Origin: Acaryochloris sp. IP29b_bin.137 | Lineage (GTDB): Bacteria > Cyanobacteriota > Cyanobacteriia > Thermosynechococcales > Thermosynechococcaceae | Reading direction: 5' to 3' | Assembly (NCBI RefSeq): GCF_028285745.1 | Contig: NZ_JANQOP010000103.1 | Coordinates: 1 to 24,000 of the forward strand | Length of the DNA stretch: 24,000 bases | In this document: piece after piece, positions 16,486-24,000 of the stretch | Layout: each line of letters opens with the position of its first letter | Numbering within the stretch: position 1 is the stretch's first letter | Position numbers and translations under genes: made by a program | Notes under the pieces: model-generated | The model's database searches: none | What the model was told of the DNA's origin: nothing | Seen by the model: the letters and a program-made list of their open reading frames with translations, nothing else

Positions 16486-17859
16486 GTGGAATTGGTATGG
16501 TTTCTAGTAGGGTTAGGCTGCGGTCTCGGACTACTGGCAATATTTGCCCACCGCTATAATGACCGTCTAGAACAAATCATTCATGCTTTACCGAGTGAAC
16601 ACTATCAGTCGGCGCTTTCCCCACTAAGCCGACTGTCTCGGGTCACTCATGCCTTGCAAGATGAACTCCAACGCAACGAGCAGGAGATCCTGGGCTGGCA
16701 AGATGTCCTCTATCGGTCGCCGATTGGCTATTTACAAGTGAACGGGGTGGATAACCTGTATTGGATCAATGAACGGGCATGTGATCTCCTCTCCATCCAC
16801 CATCGCTCATGGGAAACTCTACCGAATTGTCTACTCTTGGAAGTCGTGAGATCCCTGGAACTCGATCAGCTAATTCGTCAGGTGCGGACCCATCAGCAGG
16901 AACATCAGATCGATTGGAACCTGCATCACTCAGAGCGTTCCCAGGAAAAACCGCTGCGCGCTGTTGGCATTCCCTTACCGAAAGGACATGTGGGGGTCTT
17001 TATCGAAGATCGAACAGAAGCGAAAAACCTAGCAGATGATCGCGATCGCTGGACGTCAGATGTTGCCCATGAACTCAAAACCCCCTTAACGTCGATCCGA
17101 CTGATGGTCGAAACCCTAGAGCAGCAGGTGAGCTGGCAACATCGAACTCATATTGATCGACTGCTGCAGGAAGTCATTCGCTTAAGCGATCTGGTCAAGG
17201 ACTTATTAGAACTGAGTCGAATCACCTTTAATCAGGCCCAAACACTACAACGCCAATCCATCAACGTTCCCAGCTTGATTCACAAAGCTTGGCTGAATCT
17301 AGAACCCCTGGCCCAACAACGTAATTTATCGCTGTTTTACCAAGGCTTAGAGGATTTCATCTTGGAAGTTGACAAGAATCGGTTGTATCGCGTGTTTCTG
17401 AATCTTTTAGATAATGCCATCAAACATAGTCCCATCGATCAACCGATTCTTGTTCAGGTGGAGACGGAAACTGCTTCTCCCCAACCTGGAGAACCGAATC
17501 AATGGCTATGTATTGACATTATTGACACCGGCTCAGGCTTCTCGGCAGAAGTGCTTCCCCATGTTTTTAAGCGGTTCTATCGTTCTGATCCCTCTCGAGT
17601 ACGGAGCACCTTTTCCCTTAACCAGTCTGAGCTCCTTGAACGTCAATCCAGCTCTAGCTTGGAACCTACTGCCACCTCTATCCTCGTCTCTGGTTCTGAG
17701 CCTGAACTACCGGCGACTGCCACATCCCAAGGGGGAAGTGGATTGGGACTTGCGATCGCACAGCAAATCATTCTTGCTCACGGCGGCACCATTCGAGCCC
17801 GCAATCATCCCCAAACGGGCGGTGCTTGGCTACAAATCCTCCTGCCTTGCAATACCTAA
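16486..17859 (+). CDS. sphS: PAS-containing sensor histidine kinase, SphS/PhoR-like
   Basis: N-terminal membrane helix, PAS-like segment (LYRSPIGYLQVNGVDNLYWINERACDLL), H-box DVAHELKTPLTSIRLMVE, N-box LLDNAIKHS, DTGSGFS, GGSGLGLAIAQQI. Directly downstream of the regulator. Confidence 0.88.
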   Translation: MELVWFLVGLGCGLGLLAIFAHRYNDRLEQIIHALPSEHYQSALSPLSRLSRVTHALQDELQRNEQEILGWQDVLYRSPIGYLQVNGVDNLYWINERACDLLSIHHRSWETLPNCLLLEVVRSLELDQLIRQVRTHQQEHQIDWNLHHSERSQEKPLRAVGIPLPKGHVGVFIEDRTEAKNLADDRDRWTSDVAHELKTPLTSIRLMVETLEQQVSWQHRTHIDRLLQEVIRLSDLVKDLLELSRITFNQAQTLQRQSINVPSLIHKAWLNLEPLAQQRNLSLFYQGLEDFILEVDKNRLYRVFLNLLDNAIKHSPIDQPILVQVETETASPQPGEPNQWLCIDIIDTGSGFSAEVLPHVFKRFYRSDPSRVRSTFSLNQSELLERQSSSSLEPTATSILVSGSEPELPATATSQGGSGLGLAIAQQIILAHGGTIRARNHPQTGGAWLQILLPCNT

Positions 17860-17872
17860 AGCCTGCAACCTC

Positions 17873-18682
17873 TTAGTTAAGGTGGGTTGTATCAATCTCA
17901 ACGACGACTGGGGCATGGTCACTCGGTTTTGGCAATCTCCGGGGGGCAACATCGATCGTGCAGGCTTGAGCGCTTTTATAGAGCGCTGGAGTCAGATAGT
18001 GATGATCAATACGCCACCCTAAGTTTTTTGGGAAAGCTCCTGCTCGATAATTCCACCAGCTAAATTGACCAGACTCAGCATTGAACTTGCGAAAAGCATC
18101 CTGCAATCCGAGGTCCAAGATCGTTTGTAAAGCCTGCCGTTCTGCATCAGTTGCCATGATATGGTTTGCCCGATTAGAGGAATCATGGATATCCCGGTCC
18201 TCCAAAGCAATATTAAAATCACCACACACCAGCAAATGAGTTGGCCCTTGAGAACGTAATTGCTCAATATAGTCATGCAGTAATGCCAGCCATTCCAGCT
18301 TATAGATATATTTATCACTCCCCACTTCAGAACCATTGGGGACGTAGAGATTCAAAATTCTTACCCCCGGAGCAATGATCCCCGTAATGAGGCGCTTCTG
18401 CTGATCGAACTTTTGAGCCTGATCATTCTCTAATAGAGGCGAAAAACCGCTACTTACCTCAGATAGTGCTGAGCGACTCACCAGAGCTACGCCGTTATAG
18501 GCTTTTTGGCCTGAAACGTAAACCTGATATCCCTCGTCCAAGAACGGAACGCGGGGAAAGTCCTCATCCACGACCTTGGTTTCCTGCAAACACAAGACAT
18601 CAACTGATTGGGGATACAGCCAGTCCAAGACCTGGTCCAAGCGTGTTCGAATCGAATTGACATTCCAACTGACAATTTTCAT
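17873..18682 (-). CDS. xth: Exodeoxyribonuclease III
   Basis: MKIVSWNVNSIRTRLDQVLDWL, DVLCLQETKVVDEDFP, VCGDFNIALEDRDIHD, WRIDHHYLT, KPSDHAPVVVEI motifs of ExoIII/AP endonuclease. Confidence 0.95.
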   Translation of the reverse strand: MKIVSWNVNSIRTRLDQVLDWLYPQSVDVLCLQETKVVDEDFPRVPFLDEGYQVYVSGQKAYNGVALVSRSALSEVSSGFSPLLENDQAQKFDQQKRLITGIIAPGVRILNLYVPNGSEVGSDKYIYKLEWLALLHDYIEQLRSQGPTHLLVCGDFNIALEDRDIHDSSNRANHIMATDAERQALQTILDLGLQDAFRKFNAESGQFSWWNYRAGAFPKNLGWRIDHHYLTPALYKSAQACTIDVAPRRLPKPSDHAPVVVEIDTTHLN

Positions 18683-19213
18683 TTGGGGTTCCTGCTAATC
18701 CGTACTCTAAGGCATTAAATATTTATTTACATTGTTCTGCCCTCGAACTTGACTTAATTAGTATCCAAATTGACCATAAGTTTTGCGAATTTATACAAAG
18801 ATAGAGTTAAAGCAATTATCTTTGTTTTGCATTAGCCTTTATCCCATATTTAGGTTTAGCGATTTTTTGCCGATAAGTCCTTTTTCTAAATTATTTTTCT
18901 CAGCGAAAGCTAAGCCCCGCCGTTCATTTACATCCTTCATGGTTTAGTATTGACGTTTTTTTTCGGTCTCCCCTTGGAAAACATAAAGAAAATGTAAATG
19001 CAGTCTTTAGGGATGGGGATCAGTTAACAGCTTGCCCTTAAAGGTTTTTTAGGCCCTTCAGAGCATCTATTCCACAAATTGGGAAACATAATATAAAAAG
19101 GGAAATAACCTAGGCAGAAATTCTTTCTTAGCTGAAGGAGCAGGCTTCTAAATTTATTAAAAAAAATTACGAAGCTTTTCTGTTTGTTAAATTACTAATT
19201 TTCAACACACTCT

Positions 19214-19462
19214 ATGAATACTTTGAGTTCTCCCTCCTTTGCTTGCCGCTATTGTCAACATTATTCCCCTGAAGGAAGACGAGGTGGCCATTGCCAGAGG
19301 CTCGGGGCTCCAGTTCGTGGAGAGTGGAAAGCTTGTTCTCTGATGATCCCGAGTTTTTCCTCTGCTATGGAAGTCATATCCATGAGTCATCACCCCGAAT
19401 CTATAGCAACTTACGGTCTTGAGGCCACATCCACTCCCCGAGTTTTAGCCCCAACTGCTTAA
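19214..19462 (+). CDS. Small Cys-rich conserved-looking protein of unknown function
   Basis: 82-aa ORF with CRYCQHYSPEGRRGGHCQRLGAPVRGEWKACSL (CxxC...HC...C pattern). Flanked by non-coding DNA and followed by a strong terminator on the same strand. Confidence 0.7.
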   Translation: MNTLSSPSFACRYCQHYSPEGRRGGHCQRLGAPVRGEWKACSLMIPSFSSAMEVISMSHHPESIATYGLEATSTPRVLAPTA

Positions 19463-19555
19463 ATCCCTGTCTTAGTTCTTATCACTCTATAAATTGCTCA
19501 TTTAATCTAGTGTTGATCTCTCGATCAACTTAAATAACATCAACCCTACACTAGG

Positions 19556-19592
19556 CAACCGGGAGAAGATATTTCTCCCGGTTGTTGTTTTT
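19556..19592 (+). terminator. Rho-independent terminator
   Basis: Perfect 12-bp stem CAACCGGGAGAA (19556-19567), GATAT loop, TTCTCCCGGTTG (19573-19584), then a TTGTTTTT tail. Confidence 0.88.
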
Positions 19593-19652
19593 ATCCGTTT
19601 CCGAGGGAAGAGCCTGATAACGGCAGAATGGCGAAAATCCCTTTTGAGGGAA

Positions 19653-20486
19653 CTAGGGACGCCAAGGAAACTGGCGAAAATCGGGATCACGCTTTTCTAA
19701 AAAGGCATTCTTCCCTTCAGCACTTTCTTCGTTCATATAGAACAACAACGTGGCATTCCCCGCAAGCTCTTGCAAGCCGGCCTGACCATCGCAGTCTGCA
19801 TTGAAGGCAGCTTTAAGGCATCTAATGGCCAGCGGGCTTTTCTGCAGAATTTCTTGTGCCCATCGCACGCCCTCAGCTTCCAACTCACTCACGGGCACCA
19901 CGGTGTTCACTAACCCCATATCTAGAGCAGCCTGAGCATCATATTGCCGACATAAAAACCAAATTTCTCGGGCTCTCTTTTGTCCAACCACCCTAGCCAG
20001 ATAGCTGGCGCCAAAGCCTGCATCAAAACTGCCGACCTTCGGTCCAGTCTGTCCAAACACAGCGTTCTCAGCGGCAATAGACAAATCACAGATCAAATGG
20101 AGCACATGGCCGCCGCCAATGGCATAGCCCGCCACCAGAGCAATCACAACTTTGGGAATCGAGCGGATCAAGCGCTGTAGATCAAGGACGTTCAGGCGAG
20201 GTACACCATCTTCGCCCACATATCCTGCAGATTGTCTAACGCTTTGATCCCCACCCGAACAAAAGGCATATTTACCATCCGTATGGGGGCCTGCTCCTGT
20301 TAATAGAATGACGCCAAGGGAAGGATCTTCACGAGCATCAATAAACGCATCGTAAAGTTCAAAAACGGTTTGGGGCCGGAACGCATTGCGCTTATGGGGC
20401 CTATTGATAGTGATTTTGGCAATACCGTCAGCTTTGTGATAGAGGATATCCTGATACGATTTGACGGATTGCCAGGGTAGGGTCAT
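19653..20486 (-). CDS. menB: 1,4-dihydroxy-2-naphthoyl-CoA synthase
   Basis: [109 protein letters not shown]: classic MenB crotonase signature. Confidence 0.96.
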   Translation of the reverse strand: MTLPWQSVKSYQDILYHKADGIAKITINRPHKRNAFRPQTVFELYDAFIDAREDPSLGVILLTGAGPHTDGKYAFCSGGDQSVRQSAGYVGEDGVPRLNVLDLQRLIRSIPKVVIALVAGYAIGGGHVLHLICDLSIAAENAVFGQTGPKVGSFDAGFGASYLARVVGQKRAREIWFLCRQYDAQAALDMGLVNTVVPVSELEAEGVRWAQEILQKSPLAIRCLKAAFNADCDGQAGLQELAGNATLLFYMNEESAEGKNAFLEKRDPDFRQFPWRP

Positions 20487-20495
20487 TACTTACGC

Positions 20496-21086
20496 CTAAT
20501 TTGAAACTTCAGCAAATTCGATGACAGAACCTTCATAGGTCTTCACTAAAAAGTTTAGAGGTTTTTCCCGTCGAATCTTATATTTCACATAGCGAGTTTG
20601 AACCTTGATCAAAATTTGCTCTAGGCAATCATGATCAAAGCAAACATGGCGCTGGCGATTTTTGTCACCAATGCTCGCCCCTCCGATCACGTGAAGCTGC
20701 ACATTTTTTTTGAGTTGATACCAAAATCCATCTGTTCCACCAAACTGCTGCATCGCTGGCCTTCCTAATTCAGTGGACATATACATCGGGTCAATACCCG
20801 ATAATCCTAAGGTTTGTTCATAGTTGTAATAGTAGTGCAGCGGCACCTCAGCGGTTCGAAGTTGCAGCTCTCCCTCAAAGAATTGTCGAGCTACCTCCAA
20901 GTCCGACACCATTAGCGTGTGAACCTTGGGTGCACTGGATAGAAACATCCACATGGCGCCCGCGTAAGCAACCAAAAGCATCACCATGACCCCTTGGGTT
21001 GAGAACAAACCGTCAATGGGTAAAAAGAAACCAGCAACCAGAGGATTCTGCACAGAAACAAGGTTTGAAAAAAGAAGAAGAGTCAT
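20496..21086 (-). CDS. Membrane-anchored glyoxalase/VOC-like protein
   Basis: 196 aa with one N-terminal TM (GVMVMLLVAYAGAMWMFL), then a VOC-like segment (HTLMVSDLEVARQFFEGELQL ... HVCFDHDCLEQILIKVQTRYV ... LNFLVKTYEGSVIEFAEV). Start is 9 bp downstream of the menB end on the minus-strand map and transcription runs toward menB. Confidence 0.7.
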   Translation of the reverse strand: MTLLLFSNLVSVQNPLVAGFFLPIDGLFSTQGVMVMLLVAYAGAMWMFLSSAPKVHTLMVSDLEVARQFFEGELQLRTAEVPLHYYYNYEQTLGLSGIDPMYMSTELGRPAMQQFGGTDGFWYQLKKNVQLHVIGGASIGDKNRQRHVCFDHDCLEQILIKVQTRYVKYKIRREKPLNFLVKTYEGSVIEFAEVSN

Positions 21087-21297
21087 TCTGGTTTCTAACG
21101 ATTGGATAAAAGATCAATAGAACATAAAGGGGTAAACCGACAAACAGGCCAATCAACGCTGAACCCACCCATAGCGTCCTACTATTATAAAGATCCTAGC
21201 CAATTTCTTGATGTCTCCCATGAGAGAATTCTCTTCTAGGCCCGTTTTAATCGCGTGCCTTCGACCGGATGATTACTGAGGAAATGCCCCACAAACT

Positions 21298-21768
21298 GTG
21301 ACGAAGCGTATATTGGGGATCGATCCAGGATTAGCATCTCTTGGATTTGGCTCCATCAGAGCGGATCACAACACCCTTGAACTGCTGGATTATGGCATCA
21401 TCCAAACTCCGGCTAAAACCGATGTTGGGAAACGCTTGCAGACCATTTATGAAGACTTGCACCAAGTCCTCACGGATCAAAAGCCAGATTTGGTTGCCTT
21501 AGAAAAGCTCTTTTTCTATCGGATGGGAAATACCATCCTGGTCGCCCAGGCCCGTGGGGTAGTTATGCTGGTTTTAGCCCAGCATCAGTTGCCAGTGATC
21601 GAATATACGCCTGCCCAAATTAAACTGGCCTTGACCGGATACGGTGCCGCCAATAAGGAGGATGTACAGGTGGCTGTTGCCCGGGAACTCAAACTCAGTA
21701 CTTTGCCTCGACCAGACGATGCATCGGATGCATTAGCAGTTGCGCTGACTGCATGGTTCCAACGTTAG
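21298..21768 (+). CDS. ruvC: Crossover junction endodeoxyribonuclease RuvC
   Basis: GTG start; [74 protein letters not shown] with catalytic acidic residues present. Confidence 0.95.
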   Translation: MTKRILGIDPGLASLGFGSIRADHNTLELLDYGIIQTPAKTDVGKRLQTIYEDLHQVLTDQKPDLVALEKLFFYRMGNTILVAQARGVVMLVLAQHQLPVIEYTPAQIKLALTGYGAANKEDVQVAVARELKLSTLPRPDDASDALAVALTAWFQR

Positions 21769-21946
21769 ACGTAAACGACCAATTGAGGTCGCTATAGTTA
21801 CACGCATCGCTCCCCGACCACGGATATTCAATGCATGTCAGGCAAAGATATCAAAAAAAGTTGATATGCTGATTTGTTTTTTTCTGCTCCAACGCTCCGC
21901 AAGCATCTGAAAATGGGCATCCTGAGTAAGTTGATAAGCCATAGCT

Positions 21947-21975
21947 GCCCCTAGGAATTTTTTGCTAGGGGCTTT
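21947..21975. terminator. Likely terminator between convergent ruvC and the methyltransferase gene
   Basis: Perfect 8-bp inverted repeat GCCCCTAG (21947-21954) / CTAGGGGC (21965-21972) around a 10-nt loop containing a T run. Confidence 0.6.
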
Positions 21976-21994
21976 CCTCAATTGTAAGGAGATT

Positions 21995-22690
21995 TTAAAC
22001 GGACTGACCGCTCACCCCGTTCATTGAACATTCCTGGGCGGATGAGGAGAGTCGTTGCTTAACGACTGCAAAAAAAGGATCGCCTCCCCCCAGCCCCATC
22101 CATGACAATAGCGAAGATTGAGGAGGATCGTTGGCAATGAGCTGAGGAGGACCCATGCCTTTCACAGCGCTAAAATAAGACTGCACAAGCTGAAGACGTT
22201 GGTGGTCCGTTCGCTCTCGCCAAGCCTGAATGGCTTTTTGATAGAACATTCGGTTGGAGAAGCTAACAATGACGACGCCGTTAGGTTTAAGAACCCGATG
22301 AATTTCACTGAAAATAGCTTCCGGGTACTGCAGGTACTGCACGGACACGGCGATCACGACGGCATCAAAAGTGCGATCGTCATGGGGGAGCTGGAGGTTT
22401 TGATTAAGATTCTGGACATAGAAGTCATCTAATCGAGGGTTTTTAGCCAGTTCTTCAGCATTCAAACCGTGGCCCACCACCTTGGCAAACTCAATCTCTT
22501 CCGGTAAGTGAGAGACCCAACTACTCATTAAATCGAGGATCGTAAAACCGGGCTGAAGATGCTGCCGATAGAGATCGGTCAACTGTCGGATAAAACCTGC
22601 ATCAACATGAGTGACAAACCGAGGATAACCATAAAACTGAATATCGTCAGTATCGTCTAACTTGGTTCTTTGATCGGGTTGCAACAGCAT
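21995..22690 (-). CDS. Class I SAM-dependent methyltransferase-like protein (Methyltransf_11-like)
   Basis: FTILDLMSSWVSHLPEE (motif I position), FDAVVIAVSVQYLQYPEAIFSEIHRVLKPNGVVIVSFSNRMF (motif II/III region). Confidence 0.75.
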   Translation of the reverse strand: MLLQPDQRTKLDDTDDIQFYGYPRFVTHVDAGFIRQLTDLYRQHLQPGFTILDLMSSWVSHLPEEIEFAKVVGHGLNAEELAKNPRLDDFYVQNLNQNLQLPHDDRTFDAVVIAVSVQYLQYPEAIFSEIHRVLKPNGVVIVSFSNRMFYQKAIQAWRERTDHQRLQLVQSYFSAVKGMGPPQLIANDPPQSSLLSWMGLGGGDPFFAVVKQRLSSSAQECSMNGVSGQSV

Positions 22691-22916
22691 AGATGATCAC
22701 ACTTTTTTCTGGATAAAACTGGCCCAAACGAATGACGGCCCAAAGATCATTAAGATTTCTCTGGCTCCACAAGCTTTTCAGCCCATTTCAAAGTGTAAAA
22801 GAAACCGACTGTGAGGTGTGGCCATAGCATAGTTAGGCAAACCCAGACCCACAGCGTAGAAACCGCATCGGGGGGACAGCACACCTATAACCTATTGACT
22901 CTGATGTCACGAAGCC

Positions 22917-23546
22917 TTAAAGGCTCTTGCATAGGAGTAAGCGGTTCGATTGTCCAAACAGGAGGCCAGACCAGTGGACAGGACTGTCTACTCGGTAGTA
23001 TCCAGCTTTGGCATAGAGGCGGCGAGCAGGGGTATTGTCATCCAGAACATGAAGGTAGATGCGATTGTACTCCCACTGGCGCACCAACTCTTCGCAGGCG
23101 AACAAGAGTTGTTTCCCCACACCTTGGCGGCGGCTCTGAGGCAAGACCGCCAAATTTGAAATATAGGGAACCCCTGGGGAAAAGGGCATCCACGGCGACA
23201 GCGACTTTAAGGCTACCTCAACCGTACCGATTAATTTTGGGGTGGAGCGATGGACAATTTGAGCCCCGATTAGACTGGTATAGGGCATCGTTCGCACACT
23301 ATAGCGGGACTGGAGATCGTGGGAGATGCCCATTTGCATCAGCGGGTTAAACCAGGACTTCCAGCCTTCCTGGGGATAGAAGCAATAACTCAATAGGGCT
23401 GCGACGTCAGTCAAATCCTTTTGTTTCAGGGTTCGCAGGCGGAAAGGCGTATTCAATCGACTGACGTACTGAGCGTCTTCGACGGTGAGATCGGTTGGAT
23501 GGAAAATACCTAAATCTGCCACAACGCTACGTTTAAAAAGGTGCAA
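22917..23546 (-). CDS. GNAT-family N-acetyltransferase
   Basis: Acetyl-CoA binding signature ISNLAVLPQSRRQGVGKQLLFACEELV...IYLHVLDDNTPARRLYAKAGYY. Confidence 0.85.
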   Translation of the reverse strand: MHLFKRSVVADLGIFHPTDLTVEDAQYVSRLNTPFRLRTLKQKDLTDVAALLSYCFYPQEGWKSWFNPLMQMGISHDLQSRYSVRTMPYTSLIGAQIVHRSTPKLIGTVEVALKSLSPWMPFSPGVPYISNLAVLPQSRRQGVGKQLLFACEELVRQWEYNRIYLHVLDDNTPARRLYAKAGYYRVDSPVHWSGLLFGQSNRLLLCKSL

Positions 23547-23573
23547 GAAATCATGTTAAACAGCCGAAAGAAA

Positions 23574-23999
23574 TTAAGGGTTGGTCGGCTCCTCGGTAGA
23601 GGAACTAGCTGAAGAACCGTCATCCGATTCAACATCCAACTCACTTAATGTGGCCTGCATTTCTGGCGTTGCAAATACGACTTTGGTATCGGCAATGAGC
23701 TTTTCTCCCCATAGATTCTCTTCTAAGAACGAGACCTTGCCATAGCGGCCATCTAGCTGCAGGGCTGACTTCGCGAGGGATAAGCCTTCTTCTTTCTTGC
23801 CCTCAACATAGGTAGCCACAGCAAGGGCAAGCTTCGGTTCTCCTGACTTTGCATCAATGGCTATCGCAGCTTCCCACTGCTTGATGGCACGGCCAATATT
23901 CCCATTTTCATAGTGCACTAAGCCAATGTTATTGATGGCAGGCCAAAACTTTTGGTTCTGATCCAGGGACTTCTCGTACTGTTTAATGGCCTCTTTCAA
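23574..23999 (-). CDS. TPR-repeat protein (5' end outside window)
   Basis: TPR-like repeats (ALKQYEKSLDQNQKFWPAINNIGLVHYENGNIGRAIKQWEAAIAIDAKSGEPKLALAVATY) and an acidic/Ser-rich C-terminus. Runs off the right edge of the window. Confidence 0.75.
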   Translation of the reverse strand: MKEAIKQYEKSLDQNQKFWPAINNIGLVHYENGNIGRAIKQWEAAIAIDAKSGEPKLALAVATYVEGKKEEGLSLAKSALQLDGRYGKVSFLEENLWGEKLIADTKVVFATPEMQATLSELDVESDDGSSASSSTEEPTNP

Positions 24000-24000
24000 T

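Noticed and set aside
17414-18022. Plus-strand 202-aa ORF spanning the sphS/xth junction
   Set aside because: Frame-shifted relative to sphS and antisense to xth; composition typical of a spurious ORF.
18019-18336. 105-aa minus-strand ORF inside xth
   Set aside because: Alternative frame of the well-supported xth gene (e.g. WWCVVILI is a frame-shifted copy of the LLVCGDFNI region).
22118-22432. 104-aa plus-strand ORF antisense to the methyltransferase
   Set aside because: Shadow ORF opposite a supported gene.
22691-22916. Possible GTG-started micro-ORF in the gap between the GNAT and methyltransferase genes
   Set aside because: About 33 codons, with no TM, domain or clear ribosome-binding site; too weak to report.
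22811-23350. 179-aa plus-strand ORF antisense to the GNAT gene
   Set aside because: Opposite a motif-confirmed GNAT; Arg/Gly/Ser-rich shadow ORF.
1-24000. Searched by eye for CRISPR arrays, transposases/IS ends, tRNA/rRNA genes, toxin-antitoxin pairs, retrons, phage or defence modules
   Set aside because: None seen. All long ORFs resolve to housekeeping, metabolic, transport or regulatory families; a computational scan (tRNAscan-SE, Infernal, DefenseFinder) would be needed for a formal negative.

Overview
This looks like a gene-dense core segment of a cyanobacterial chromosome. The phylogenetic call rests on Ycf4, MenB, a SphR/SphS-like two-component pair, a DesD-like desaturase and several GCGATCGC (HIP1) sites. 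I recognise about 20 protein-coding genes: ycf4, a lipoprotein cyclophilin, a KAS-family condensing enzyme, a PilP/GspC-like hypothetical, a TrhO-type rhodanese, a GST, a front-end desaturase, a P-type ATPase with a universal stress protein, an RlmD-like rRNA methyltransferase overlapping gltS by ATGA, an EamA transporter, sphR/sphS-like genes, xth, a small Cys-rich protein, menB, a membrane-anchored VOC-like protein, ruvC, an atypical methyltransferase, a GNAT and a truncated TPR protein. I see no mobile element, CRISPR array, tRNA/rRNA, phage module or recognisable defence island. Nothing supports a dramatic new system. The best second-look items are: (1) an unannotated 43-aa predicted single-TM micro-ORF just upstream of and co-oriented with the universal stress protein and a P-type ATPase lacking the canonical M6 Asp; (2) a 500+ bp AT-rich leader before a tiny Cys-rich protein followed by two hairpins; (3) three AAATGT(T/A) motifs at exact 23-bp spacing upstream of ycf4; (4) a VOC-like protein adjacent to menB; (5) a methyltransferase without a normal glycine-rich motif I.
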